This document shows, piece after piece, positions 15,988 to 25,915 of a DNA stretch of 47,018 bases (position 1 is the stretch's first letter; each line of letters opens with the position of its first letter). Both the position numbers and the translations under genes were made by a program. The notes beneath the pieces were generated by a model. The model worked only from the letters and a program-made list of their open reading frames with translations. It searched no databases and was not told the DNA's origin. This DNA is from Microbacteriaceae bacterium UBA6152 (GTDB lineage Bacteria; Actinomycetota; Actinomycetes; Actinomycetales; Microbacteriaceae). The DNA lies in NCBI GenBank assembly GCA_002423075.1, contig DIUS01000101.1, forward strand, positions 1 to 47,018. The letters are read 5' to 3'.

Positions 15988-17184
15988 ATGCGCCTCGATC
16001 CTCGCCGCTTCGCGACAGCCGTCACCGGCGCGGCTGCCGTCGCTCTGCTGATCGGAATCCTGGGCGCGGTTCCGCCGGTCGAGGCGGCTCCGGACAGCAA
16101 CAAGGTGACGATCTGCCATCGCACGCACTCGGTCACCAATCCGTACCGCATGATCACCGTCAGTGCGAGCGCCGCCGACGGAGTCCCTCGAGGCGCACGC
16201 AACGACCACGTCAGCCACGACCTCAGCTACACCGTGGACGACACCACCTACCTCGTTTTCGATCCTTCAGTGAGTTATCCCTCGAACCAAAAGCACTGGG
16301 GCGACATCATTCCCCCGGTGCGCCGGGGCGACGGTCTGAACTGGAATGCGCCGGGAGCCCAAGCGATCTACACCGGCACCGGCTCATCATTCGGGCTGTG
16401 CCGCCGCATGTCTGCCAAGCAGTTCTTCGACATCGAAGTCGAAGCCCTTCCGCCGGGCCTCACTCCCGATGAGCGAAACGATGCCCTGGACGAGATCCTG
16501 GAAGACCTCGACGACCAGGGCGCCCTCGAAGACGACAAGATCAAAGACGAGCTCGACATCGACGAATTCTCCGATCTTGACCCGACTGACCTGCCCGAAC
16601 GGTTCGACGACCTTCCTGACGCTCCCCTCGGCACTCCGCCGCCCGGTGGTTTCGGCGCCGAACCTGGTCGCCAGAAGATCGCCGTGGTGGTGTGGTTCGA
16701 CCTGGATCGTGACGGGGCTTTCGACAGCGATGAGGAGCCTGCTCCGGGAGTCACCGTCTCGCTCGATGCGATTCTCGAGGCCAGCTCGGCCGATGTCGGC
16801 GGGTCGTCGTTCCTCTCGACGGCGGCGGGCGACTACGTCACCGACGCGCAGGGCACGGTCATTGTGGATGACATACCGGCGGGGCAGTGGGATGTCGCCG
16901 CCGTTCCGCCGAGCGGCACCGAGGTCACCTTCGACTCAGAAGGCACGCCTAACGACGGGCGCGCACAGGTTGACGTTCCTGCAGACTCAGCGGGCTTTGC
17001 GTGGGTCGGTCTCGTTCCCGCCGCAGCGGGTGCCGGAGGCGACGACGACGCCGAGCTCGCACGAACCGGAGCCTCCCCGGTGGTGCCCGCTTCGCTCGGC
17101 GCCGCCGCGATTCTCCTTCTCGTCGGAGCAGGGTTTCTGCGGCGTCGGCGCGGTGCGGGCACGCCCAGTAGCATGACCTCGTGA
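15988..17184 (+). CDS. Sortase-anchored surface protein with SdrD-B-like domain
   Basis: Signal peptide; KVTICH motif; WFDLDRDG; LARTG + TM + RRRR. Confidence 0.8.
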   Translation: MRLDPRRFATAVTGAAAVALLIGILGAVPPVEAAPDSNKVTICHRTHSVTNPYRMITVSASAADGVPRGARNDHVSHDLSYTVDDTTYLVFDPSVSYPSNQKHWGDIIPPVRRGDGLNWNAPGAQAIYTGTGSSFGLCRRMSAKQFFDIEVEALPPGLTPDERNDALDEILEDLDDQGALEDDKIKDELDIDEFSDLDPTDLPERFDDLPDAPLGTPPPGGFGAEPGRQKIAVVVWFDLDRDGAFDSDEEPAPGVTVSLDAILEASSADVGGSSFLSTAAGDYVTDAQGTVIVDDIPAGQWDVAAVPPSGTEVTFDSEGTPNDGRAQVDVPADSAGFAWVGLVPAAAGAGGDDDAELARTGASPVVPASLGAAAILLLVGAGFLRRRRGAGTPSSMTS

Positions 17185-18092
17185 TCCCCCTGCCGCAGCT
17201 ATCCGATGAGGTGGCTGCGGCACTCGCCGCGCGCCGACCCGTCGTCGCCCTCGAGTCGACCATCATCAGCCACGGCCTGCCGCGGCCGCGCAACCACGAG
17301 GCGGCGCTCGAGTTCGAGAGCATCCTGCGTGATGCCGGTGTCACGCCCGCGACGATCGCGGTGCTCGACGGGGTGCCGCGCATCGGCCTCGATGCCGAGG
17401 GCGTACGGCGCATCGCCGACGACGACCTCGCGAAGGCGAGCGTGCGCGATCTGCCCATCCTCGCCGCGCGCGGGGCGAGTGGCGCGACGACGGTCGCCGC
17501 CACGGCGCACCTTGCGGCGATGGCGGGCATCCGCGTCTTCGCCACCGGTGGTCTCGGCGGCGTGCACCGCGGTGCGAGCGAGACCTTCGACGAATCGGCA
17601 GACCTCTCGACGCTCGCGGTGACGCCGATCACGGTCGTCTCGGCGGGTGTCAAGAGCGTGCTCGATATCGCGGCCACCCTCGAGCGCCTCGAGACCTACT
17701 CGGTGCCCGTCATCGGGCTCGGCACGACCGTGTTTCCGAGCTTCTGGTTGCGTGAGAGCGACTTCACCCTCGACTGGGCGGTCGATACTGCCGAGCAGGT
17801 CGCCGACGTCATGGCCGCGCACGACGCTCTGGGGCACCGACAGGGCATCGTGGTCGCGAACCCCATTCCCGCAGAGCAGGCCTGGGAGCGCGAGGAGCAC
17901 GATCGTGTGCTCGCCGCTGCTGTCGCCGAAGCCGACGCCCAGGGAATCCGCGGCAAGGCCGTCACGCCCTTCCTGCTCGGCCGCATCGTCGAGCTCAGCG
18001 AGGGCCGCAGTCTCGAGGTCAACCTCGACCTCGCACGCAACAACGTGGCCGTCGCCGGCCGCATCGCCGCGGCCTGGGCCGCGCGAGGCTAG
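17181..18092 (+). CDS. psuG: Pseudouridine-5'-phosphate glycosidase
   Basis: VVALESTIISHG, GATTVAAT, FATGGLGGVHRG, GKAVTPFLL. Confidence 0.95.
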   Translation: MIPLPQLSDEVAAALAARRPVVALESTIISHGLPRPRNHEAALEFESILRDAGVTPATIAVLDGVPRIGLDAEGVRRIADDDLAKASVRDLPILAARGASGATTVAATAHLAAMAGIRVFATGGLGGVHRGASETFDESADLSTLAVTPITVVSAGVKSVLDIAATLERLETYSVPVIGLGTTVFPSFWLRESDFTLDWAVDTAEQVADVMAAHDALGHRQGIVVANPIPAEQAWEREEHDRVLAAAVAEADAQGIRGKAVTPFLLGRIVELSEGRSLEVNLDLARNNVAVAGRIAAAWAARG

Positions 18093-18103
18093 CGGGCAGC
18101 CGC

Positions 18104-18991
18104 ATGACGGGTGCGCGCGCGGTCGTGATCGGCGACGTCATCGACGACATCATCGTGGTGCCGATCGGGCCCGTGCGGCCCGACACCGACACGACCGCGC
18201 GCATCTCGCGCCACGAGGGCGGTTCAGCGGCGAACACGGCGGCGTGGATGGCCAGCCGGGGTGCGCCGGTCGACTTCGTGGGCTGCGTCGGGGTCGGCGA
18301 CCTCGAGCGCCACGGCGCGGTGCTGCGCGACCTCGGCGTCACGCCGCACCTGAGCGAGCATCCGTCGCTGGCGACCGGCACGATCGTGATCGTCGTCGAC
18401 GGCGAGCAGCGCACGATGCTGACCGACCGGGGGGCCAACGCGGGGCTCAGCGCCGACGCGGTCACCGACGCGCTGCTCGCTGATGCCGCCGTGCTGCACC
18501 TCACCGGCTACAGTCTCGTCGACGCCTTCAGCGCCGCGGTGCTCGGCGCACTCATCGACCGGGCTCACGCGCACGGCGTGCTGGTGACGCTCGACCCCGG
18601 GTCGGCGGGCTTCATCGCCGACTACGGAGTCGCCGCGTTCCGCGCGGCGCTGCAGGGCATCGACCTGCTGCTGCCCAACCTCGCCGAGGGGCGACTGCTC
18701 GCGGGCACCGACGACCAGGCTGCGCTCATCGACTCGCTGCTCGAGATCGCTCCCGCGGTCGTTCTGACCGATGGTGCGGGCGTCGTCGTCGTGGCACGTC
18801 GGGGCGAGCCGATCATCGAAGTACCCGTCACGGCCGTCGAAGCCGTCGACCCGACAGGCGCGGGCGACGCGTTCACGGCAGGCCTTCTCACCGCCCTGCT
18901 CGCCGGCGACGATCTCGTCGACGCCGCTCGGGCGGGCGTGCTGGTCGCGAGCCAGGCGGTCACTCGTGCGGGAGCACGGCCTCCGCGCTGA
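18104..18991 (+). CDS. psuK: PfkB-family kinase, probably pseudouridine kinase
   Basis: GGSAAN, DPTGAGDAF; adjacent to psuG. Confidence 0.8.
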   Translation: MTGARAVVIGDVIDDIIVVPIGPVRPDTDTTARISRHEGGSAANTAAWMASRGAPVDFVGCVGVGDLERHGAVLRDLGVTPHLSEHPSLATGTIVIVVDGEQRTMLTDRGANAGLSADAVTDALLADAAVLHLTGYSLVDAFSAAVLGALIDRAHAHGVLVTLDPGSAGFIADYGVAAFRAALQGIDLLLPNLAEGRLLAGTDDQAALIDSLLEIAPAVVLTDGAGVVVVARRGEPIIEVPVTAVEAVDPTGAGDAFTAGLLTALLAGDDLVDAARAGVLVASQAVTRAGARPPR

Positions 18992-19853
18992 CGACGGGCG
19001 GTCGAGGCGAGGTCGCGACCGCTCCGGCACACGCGATGACGACGGCGGCGATGGCCGCGAGCTGCAGCAGACCGAGGGCCTGGCCGAGCACGAGCAGCCC
19101 CGCGAGCGCGGCGACGGCTGGGCCGAGGCTCGCCAGCACGCCGAACACGCGTGTCGGCATGCGCTTGAGGGCGATGAACTCGAGCGCGTAGGGCACGGCT
19201 GAGGTCAAGACGGCGATGCCGGCGAAGATGACCAGCAGCATCGGGTCGAGCACGACGGCCGCGCTGGCCGGTACCGCGCCGAGCGGCACCACGATGATCG
19301 CGGCCACGAGCATGGCCATCGCGAGCCCGTCGACGCCACGGGCACGAGGGCCAAGCCTCGCCGAGGCGACGATGTAGAGGGCCCAGAACGCGGCTGCGCC
19401 GAGTGCGGCGAGCACACCGACGAGGGCGAGCGCGCCGTCATCGCCGTTGCCGCTGAGCCACAAGCCGACGATTCCCAGCGCCGCGAGCGCGACCCAGCCG
19501 AGGTCGCGCCATCGGCGGGTGCCCGCGACCGCGACGGCGAGCGGACCGAGCAACTCGATCGTGACGGCGACGCCCAGCGGGATGCTCGCGATCGCTTGGT
19601 AGATGAGCACGTTCATGCCGGCCAGACCGAGACCGAGCATCCCGACCCCGACCCACGTCTGCCTGCTCCACCCCCGTACCTGCGGGCGCACCGCGACGAT
19701 CAGGATCACCGCGGCGAAGCCGAGCCTCAACGCGGCAGCGCCGAGCGGACCGACCTCAGAGAAGTACGATCCGGCGATCGCATTGCCGAACTGCACCGAG
19801 AGGATCGCGAGCACGGCGAGCACGACCGGAGGAGGAACGACAGAGGTGCGCAC
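18960..19853 (-). CDS. EamA/RhtA-like DMT transporter
   Basis: SVQFGNAIA, IPLGVAVTIE.LGPL, PYALE; multiple TMs. Confidence 0.9.
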   Translation of the reverse strand: MRTSVVPPPVVLAVLAILSVQFGNAIAGSYFSEVGPLGAAALRLGFAAVILIVAVRPQVRGWSRQTWVGVGMLGLGLAGMNVLIYQAIASIPLGVAVTIELLGPLAVAVAGTRRWRDLGWVALAALGIVGLWLSGNGDDGALALVGVLAALGAAAFWALYIVASARLGPRARGVDGLAMAMLVAAIIVVPLGAVPASAAVVLDPMLLVIFAGIAVLTSAVPYALEFIALKRMPTRVFGVLASLGPAVAALAGLLVLGQALGLLQLAAIAAVVIACAGAVATSPRPPVVSAEAVLPHE

Positions 19854-19976
19854 CTGAGCGAGTATGCCGCAGGGCGCCGACGATGCGCGCACAGACGACG
19901 ACACCCCGCGCGGTTCTGTCGCAGAACCGGGCGGGGCGTCGTCGATGCCAGAGATCGTCTGTCGACGTGTGGCGGA

Positions 19977-20369
19977 TTAGTCGGACGAACCGACGCTTGC
20001 GGGGCTGTCGACCGATGCGGGCGATGCGGGGCTCGCGGGCGACGCGGGCGACGGCGGCGAATCGGGGCTCGCCGGCGACGGGGCCGAGACGCTCGCGGGC
20101 GAGACGGGCGATGCGGGGCTCACGCTCGACGTCGGGCTCGGGGTACTCGTCGGGCTCGGGGTCATGATGCTGTCGCTCGACACCGAGAACAGCAGAGCGT
20201 TGCCCTTCGAGTCGTCGGCGCTGTCGCCGGTGGAGATGCCCGGAACGGAGAGGTTCGTGGCACTGGCCACGAGGGGCAGGGCGTTCGCCGTCGTGACTGC
20301 GCCTGCGGCCATCACGCCGAGGCCGAGAGCCGAGGCGGCTCCGATGGCGATCCAGTTCTTGGCTTCCAT
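19977..20369 (-). CDS. Small secreted Ser/Pro-rich protein
   Basis: GAAAGGGA RBS; signal peptide; SPA repeats. Confidence 0.8.
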   Translation of the reverse strand: MEAKNWIAIGAASALGLGVMAAGAVTTANALPLVASATNLSVPGISTGDSADDSKGNALLFSVSSDSIMTPSPTSTPSPTSSVSPASPVSPASVSAPSPASPDSPPSPASPASPASPASVDSPASVGSSD

Positions 20370-20495
20370 GAGTGGTCCCTTTCGCGCTGCGGGGGAGTCG
20401 GGGCGATGCCGCCCGGTGCTCCGTCGATAGCTGAACTCTCTCGCGCCACCATGAGACCACCAGGAGGAGTGCATGAGAGCACTCTCATCTTCGCG

Positions 20496-21857
20496 TCATG
20501 CCTTCGCGGCCTTGACGGCGTCGTAGGCGGCGAGAGCCTCGGCGCGGGAGGCCTTGAGGTCGACGATCGGTGGGGGGTAGCCGGGCGTTCCTGCCTCGGG
20601 AACCCAGCGGTTGACATAGTCGCCTCGAGGGTCGAACTTCTCCGCCTGCAGCATCGGGTTGAAGATGCGAAAGTACGGTGCCGCGTCGGCGCCCGAGCCC
20701 GCGACCCACTGCCAGCTGGCGGCATTGCTCGCCTCGTCGGCATCGACAAGGGTGTCCCAGAACCACTCCTCGCCGGTGCGCCAATCGACGAGCAGGTTCT
20801 TCGTGAGAAACGACGCGACAATCATGCGCACGCGATTGTGCATGTAGCCGGTGGTCCACAGCTCGCGCATGCCCGCATCGACGATCGGGATGCCCGTCTG
20901 CCCGTGCTGCCACGCCTCCAGCTGCCCGGCATCGGGCTCGCCCCACGGAAACGCGTCGAACTCCGGACGGAAGTTCGCGCGACCCAGGTCGGGGCGCCCG
21001 AACAGGATCGTGTACGAGAACTCGCGCCAGCCGATCTCGCTGAGGAACTTGGCTCGGTTGCTCACGGCGTCGGGGGTCAGGGTCTGGTGCACGCGCGCCC
21101 AGACCTCGAAGGGGCTCAGCTCGCCGAACCGCAGATGCGGGCTGAGACGGCTCGTCGCCTCGACGCCCGGTTCGTCGCGGCGGTGGTAGAGCGCGAGCCC
21201 GTGCTCGACGAACCGCTCGAGGCGGTCGTGGGCACCCGCACTGCCCGGCGTCCACGCCTCCCGCAAGCCAGCGGCCCAGTCGGGGCGAGTCGGCAGCAGA
21301 GCCCAGTCGTCGAGCTCGTCGCCTTCGATGACGAGACCATCGATCGCGGTCGGCGCGGGCAGCGGTGGCCGAGGGTCGCCCGACGCGAGGCAGGCGCGCC
21401 AGAACGGTGTGAAGACGCGGTACGGGTCACCGGAACCCGAAGTGATGCGCCAGGGCTCGTAGAGCAGAGAGGCTGCGAAGCTCGTCACCAGCACGCCCTC
21501 GTCGGTCAGGCGCGACTTGAGCGCAGCATCCACTTCGCGCATCGCGCCGTAGCGGCGATTCCAGAAGACGGCGTCGGCACCGGTGTCGGCCACAAGCGCC
21601 GGGATGACGTCGGAGGCCGGCCCGCGACGCAGCGTGAGCGACGCTCCGAGCGCGGCGAGGTCGTCGGCGAGTGCCGTCAGGCTGCCGTGCAGCCACCACC
21701 GGCTCGCGCCGCCAAGCGGTCGCGCTGCCGGCGACTGCTCGTCGAGCAGATACACGACGACCACAGGGCCGCCGCGGTCGACGGCGGCCGACAGCGCGGG
21801 ATTGTCGGCGACGCGCAGGTCGTCGCGCAGCCAGACGATGCTCGCACTCGTGCTCAT
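20496..21857 (-). CDS. phrB: Deoxyribodipyrimidine photolyase
   Basis: WLRDDLRVADNPAL, TSRLSPHLRFGE, GYMHNRVRM, DAAPYFRIFNP. Confidence 0.96.
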   Translation of the reverse strand: MSTSASIVWLRDDLRVADNPALSAAVDRGGPVVVVYLLDEQSPAARPLGGASRWWLHGSLTALADDLAALGASLTLRRGPASDVIPALVADTGADAVFWNRRYGAMREVDAALKSRLTDEGVLVTSFAASLLYEPWRITSGSGDPYRVFTPFWRACLASGDPRPPLPAPTAIDGLVIEGDELDDWALLPTRPDWAAGLREAWTPGSAGAHDRLERFVEHGLALYHRRDEPGVEATSRLSPHLRFGELSPFEVWARVHQTLTPDAVSNRAKFLSEIGWREFSYTILFGRPDLGRANFRPEFDAFPWGEPDAGQLEAWQHGQTGIPIVDAGMRELWTTGYMHNRVRMIVASFLTKNLLVDWRTGEEWFWDTLVDADEASNAASWQWVAGSGADAAPYFRIFNPMLQAEKFDPRGDYVNRWVPEAGTPGYPPPIVDLKASRAEALAAYDAVKAAKA

Positions 21858-21887
21858 GGGGCAACGATAGGCGGCGCGGATGTGGAT

Positions 21888-22316
21888 TCAGTCGCGCAGT
21901 CGTCGGCAGAGTGCCGTGAGCTCGACGAGCTCGTCCGGCGTGAGCCGCGTGCCCACCCGTCGCGCGATCGTGTCGGCGTGGATGACCGCGACTCGCTTGA
22001 ACAGCTCATAGCCCTCGGGCCGCAGTGCCACGATCGTGCCGCGGGCGTCAGTGGCATCGGGCAGCTTGTCGACGAGCTGACGAGCGGCGAGCCGGTCGAT
22101 CAGGCGACTCACACTGGGCTGGCTCAGCAAGAGATGGGGGATCAGATCACGGATGCGCATCCGGCGCTCGGGCGCGCGCGAGAGGTTGAACAGCACGTCG
22201 TACTCGGTGAACGAGATCTCGCTGGTCGGAAACTCGGCGCTGAGCGTGCGCAGCACCGACACTTGAGCGCGGAAGAGCGCCTCCCAGGCATCGACAGCCA
22301 GAGCCTTCTCGGTCAT
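21888..22316 (-). CDS. MarR-family regulator
   Basis: LSQPSVSRLIDRL..GL-like, DARG. Confidence 0.9.
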   Translation of the reverse strand: MTEKALAVDAWEALFRAQVSVLRTLSAEFPTSEISFTEYDVLFNLSRAPERRMRIRDLIPHLLLSQPSVSRLIDRLAARQLVDKLPDATDARGTIVALRPEGYELFKRVAVIHADTIARRVGTRLTPDELVELTALCRRLRD

Positions 22317-22379
22317 GCGATTACTCTACGTGCGCGCGAGGGCATGTGTCGGCACCCGAGGTGCGACCCGCATCGGGCA

Positions 22380-22483
22380 AGTGAAGGGCCGGTCGCCGAG
22401 GCGAGCGACCGGCCCTCTTCCCTTGCACCAAGAGTGTCCTGCAATCACATTCCACGCCCCCCGCCACAGCAAACGGTTGACGC
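22380..22483 (-). ncRNA. Candidate small RNA
   Basis: Intergenic; -10-like TATGTT (22495-22490); strong hairpin at 22383-22420; no convincing ORF. Confidence 0.4.
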
Positions 22484-22588
22484 ACTTGAAACATATAACG
22501 GAAAGGTAACGCTGTCTAGTTATCAGTTCGTTATTTTCGAAATCTTCGCGGGGTATCGCTCATGCCCGCGAGTCTCTACGGTGAGCGC

Positions 22589-23236
22589 ATGACCCGCGCA
22601 CTCTCGGCACTCGCTGTCGCAGCCCTGCTCACGCTCGTCGGCTGCGCCCCCGCAGCGCCCGCCGCCGAGCCCTCTGTTGCCCCGAGTGTCGCCGAGCCCT
22701 CGTCGACGCCCGCACCAGACCCCGTCGTCGACACGATCATCTTCCGCGCCGAGAGCATCGAACTCGTCGGAGACGGCCAGGTTCTCGCCGTACTCGAGAT
22801 CGATGGCAGCACAGAGGCGGCGATCGAGTCGCTGACCGAGGTGATCGGAGCCCCCGAGTACTCGCTCGTTCCGCCCGGCGAATGCAACGACGAGTTCGAT
22901 CAGTATCTGTGGCCCAACGTCATGGTGATCAACTCTCCCGGTCGCCCCTTGGGATCCTTCAACGTCAGGGTCTTCGCCGCTGACTCCCCTGGGGTCGAGG
23001 GCGAGTCGGTGCAGCTGCAGGGCCCGGCGGGCGAGCAGGTTGGCGATGATCTGTCGGCCTTCATAGCGGCGACCAATCCCGCTCTGGTCGAGACCTTCCT
23101 CACGAGCGACATCGTGCTGCTCGACGTCGGGTGGCTCAGTTCGGGCTTCACGGCGGGAGTCGCCGCCTTCGCCGATGGAGGCATCGTCGACAACATGGGC
23201 GTGCCCATCGCCGTCAACAGCGGTCTCGACTGCTGA
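22589..23236 (+). CDS. Lipoprotein
   Basis: Lipobox LVGC followed by a Pro/Ala/Ser linker. Confidence 0.8.
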   Translation: MTRALSALAVAALLTLVGCAPAAPAAEPSVAPSVAEPSSTPAPDPVVDTIIFRAESIELVGDGQVLAVLEIDGSTEAAIESLTEVIGAPEYSLVPPGECNDEFDQYLWPNVMVINSPGRPLGSFNVRVFAADSPGVEGESVQLQGPAGEQVGDDLSAFIAATNPALVETFLTSDIVLLDVGWLSSGFTAGVAAFADGGIVDNMGVPIAVNSGLDC

Positions 23237-23245
23237 TCGGCCTCG

Positions 23246-23956
23246 TCAGAAGAAGTCAGGGCTCGGCGTCGACGCGTAGCGGATCGAGACGTCGGCGTGC
23301 CGGTCGAACCGGTACCCCGAGCCGCGCACGGTGCGCACGATGTCTTCATAGCCCCCGAGCTTCGACCGCAGTCGACGCACGTGCACATCGATCGTGCGCT
23401 CGTTGGGCACGTCGTCGTCGCCCTCAGCACCGTCGGCCCACAACGAGCCGATGAGTTCGGCTCGCTCGATCGTGCGGCCCTCGCGCAGCACGAGGTACTG
23501 CAGCAGCTCGAACTCTTTGTAGGTGAGGGCGGCGCTCTCGCCATCGAGCAGAACGCGTTTGCGCGAGATGTCGATGATGACTCCCAAAGCAGCAGTCTCG
23601 ACGGGCGGCTCGCTCGGGCGGCGGTAGCGCGCGAGCGCAGCGGGGTCTTGCAGGGCGAGGCGCACGACGTCGACATCGCGACCGCCCGCACCCGTGGGCG
23701 CGAGTGCGACGGCGGCATGAGTCTCCGACCCCGGGGCGAGTTCGGCGGTCACCTTCTTCAGTTCGGTGACCAGGCGGCCGAGGTCGATGCCGGCGGCGGC
23801 AGCTTTGGCCTCGTCGAAGCCGACGTAAAGCACGAAGCCGCGCGCCTCCGTGCCCTCGGGTACGGCGCGCAGCCGAGGAGCGGCCGGTTCGGGCGCGGGG
23901 GTCGCAGGCGCGACGGGAGCGGGAGCGGGGCGGGAGGAGAGAGTGGCGAGAGACAT
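23246..23956 (-). CDS. Orphan OmpR-type winged-helix regulator lacking a canonical receiver domain
   Basis: LTYKEFELL, RTIDVHVRRLRSKLG, TVRGSGYRF; start at MSLATL chosen by RBS (ORF extends to 24100). Confidence 0.85.
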   Translation of the reverse strand: MSLATLSSRPAPAPVAPATPAPEPAAPRLRAVPEGTEARGFVLYVGFDEAKAAAAGIDLGRLVTELKKVTAELAPGSETHAAVALAPTGAGGRDVDVVRLALQDPAALARYRRPSEPPVETAALGVIIDISRKRVLLDGESAALTYKEFELLQYLVLREGRTIERAELIGSLWADGAEGDDDVPNERTIDVHVRRLRSKLGGYEDIVRTVRGSGYRFDRHADVSIRYASTPSPDFF

Positions 23957-24152
23957 CGTCGAGACGCTTTCTGCAGAATCGAACGGCTCGTCGCCCGTCG
24001 GGGCGTCGGCGGTTCGGGGTGTGGAGTCGAGGGTGCGCGCATCGAGAGCCGGAGCATCCGTCCCCGATGCGGGGAGTGCCGGCTCGTCGTTCTCGCTCAT
24101 CGTGAGACGAGGGTACGGCGAGTCAGCGGCACTCGGGCGATCGGCCAGGTGA

Positions 24153-24254
24153 TCAGGCGCACATTCGACAACACGCGTCAGCGCTCACCGGCATCATCAT
24201 GCCGGCGGTCTCCACAGCCTCAGGGGCGGTCAGGAGCTTCGCGGTGACGGTCAT
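24153..24254 (-). CDS. Leaderless Met/Cys-rich leader peptide (putative attenuator)
   Basis: MTVTAKLLTAPEAVETAGMMMPVSADACCRMCA; GATACT 7 nt before ATG. Confidence 0.65.
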   Translation of the reverse strand: MTVTAKLLTAPEAVETAGMMMPVSADACCRMCA

Positions 24255-24303
24255 GCCGCTCAGTATCGCCGAGCGCGGCGCAGACCGTCAAGTCGGTGCC
24301 GGG

Positions 24304-24939
24304 CTAGCCGACCGTGCCGTAGAGCCGGTCGCCGGCGTCACCGAGACCGGGAACGATGTAGCCCTTCTCGTTGAGCTTCTCGTCGAGCGCGCCCAGCACG
24401 ATCGTCACGTCGCGCCCCTCGGTGGCCTTCTCGATCATCGCGAGGCCCTCGGGCGCACCGAGCAGGCACACAGCGGTCACATCGTCGGCGCCGCGCGCGA
24501 AGAGGAACTCGATCGCGGCCAGCAGCGAGCCGCCCGTCGCGAGCATGGGGTCGAGCACGAAGCACTGGCGGCCCTCGAGGTGATCGGGCAGCCGCTCGGC
24601 GTAGACGCTCGGCTCGAGCGTGTCGTGGTCGCGCACCATGCCGAGAAAGCCGACTTCGGCGCTCGGCACGAGCTTGACCATGCCCTCGAGCATGCCGAGA
24701 CCCGCGCGCAGAATCGGCACGATGAGCGGTCGCGGCTCGCTGATGGCAAGCCCGACGGTCTCGGTGACCGGCGTCGTGATGGTGACCTCGTGCGTGCGCA
24801 CATGCCGCGTCGCCTCATAGGCGAGCAGGGTCACGAGCTCTTCGGTGAGCGCTCGGAAGGTCGCCGAGGGGGTGCTCTGATCACGCAGCACCGTCAGTTT
24901 GTGGGTGATCAGGGGGTGGTCGGCAACGTGTACTCGCAT
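24304..24939 (-). CDS. upp: Uracil phosphoribosyltransferase
   Basis: [32 protein letters not shown]. Confidence 0.97.
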   Translation of the reverse strand: MRVHVADHPLITHKLTVLRDQSTPSATFRALTEELVTLLAYEATRHVRTHEVTITTPVTETVGLAISEPRPLIVPILRAGLGMLEGMVKLVPSAEVGFLGMVRDHDTLEPSVYAERLPDHLEGRQCFVLDPMLATGGSLLAAIEFLFARGADDVTAVCLLGAPEGLAMIEKATEGRDVTIVLGALDEKLNEKGYIVPGLGDAGDRLYGTVG

Positions 24940-24966
24940 AGGCTCAATCTAACGGAAGGGCGAGTC

Positions 24967-25443
24967 ATGACCACGGTCTCAGCCGGCGATCGGAACGCCA
25001 TGAGGGCCGCGCTCGATGAGGCTCGCACCGCGCTCGCATCGGGCGACGTGCCGGTTGGCGCGGTCGTGCTCGATGCCGCCGGAACCATCATCGGCCGGGG
25101 CCGCAACGAACGCGAGAAGCATCACGATCCGACCGCGCACGCCGAGGTGGTCGCGCTGCGCGAGGCGGCTGCGGCCACGGGCGACTGGCAGCTGACCGGA
25201 TGCTCGCTCGTCGTCACCCTCGAACCGTGCGTGCTCTGCGCGGGTGCCATCCTCGCCGCGCGCATCGACCGCGTGGTGTTCGGGGCATGGGACGCGAAGG
25301 CCGGAGCCGCGGGCAGCGTCGTCGACCTGCTGCGCGAGCGCCGGCTGCCGCACCGTGTGGGCGAAGTCGTCGGCGGTGTCGACGAGCAAGAGTGCGCGGC
25401 GTTGCTACGCGAGTTCTTCGAGCAGCAGCGCCGCGACGGCTAG
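24967..25443 (+). CDS. tadA: tRNA adenosine(34) deaminase
   Basis: DVPVGAV, DPTAHAE, TLEPCVLC. Confidence 0.92.
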   Translation: MTTVSAGDRNAMRAALDEARTALASGDVPVGAVVLDAAGTIIGRGRNEREKHHDPTAHAEVVALREAAAATGDWQLTGCSLVVTLEPCVLCAGAILAARIDRVVFGAWDAKAGAAGSVVDLLRERRLPHRVGEVVGGVDEQECAALLREFFEQQRRDG

Positions 25444-25444
25444 C

Positions 25445-25831
25445 TCACCAGAAGACGGCGAGCGCGGTGTTGACGAGTGCGAGACCGCCGGCGGTGTGGA
25501 AGAACGGCAGCAGCTCGCGGCCGCCGCCCCCTTCGCTCTTGCGCTGCTTGAGGAACCCGAGAAGTGCCACGACGACGATGATGATTCCGATCACCAGTTT
25601 GACGGCGACCTTCACGTGGTCCACCTCGAAGTCCAGCTGCGCCGCGCGCATCTCGGCGAGGCCCACGAGCACGAGTCCGGTCACGAGCTGGGTGATGGCA
25701 CCGCCGAGCACCACGGGGAACGCGTATTGACCCTTCCAGCGCGCCTGCAGCAGGAACGGCCCGATGATGGCGGCCAGGCCGATGAAGTGGGCGACGAGAA
25801 AGAACGAGCGCAGAACATCCATGAATTCCAT
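25445..25831 (-). CDS. Four-TM membrane protein
   Basis: Hydrophobic helices, HFIG, KVAVKL. Confidence 0.8.
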   Translation of the reverse strand: MEFMDVLRSFFLVAHFIGLAAIIGPFLLQARWKGQYAFPVVLGGAITQLVTGLVLVGLAEMRAAQLDFEVDHVKVAVKLVIGIIIVVVALLGFLKQRKSEGGGGRELLPFFHTAGGLALVNTALAVFW

Positions 25832-25915
25832 GGAATAACCCTCCCTGAGTGACCGAGTAGAGCGCGCGACAGTGCGCGTTCTGATCAGATTATCGGGAGC
25901 GGGTGATGCGCGATC

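Noticed and set aside
19990-20165. 9-bp periodic DNA repeats
   Set aside because: Explained by coding for Ser-Pro-Ala low-complexity repeats
19596-22592. 998-aa plus-strand ORF
   Set aside because: Antisense shadow of eamA, phrB and marR; typical high-GC artefact
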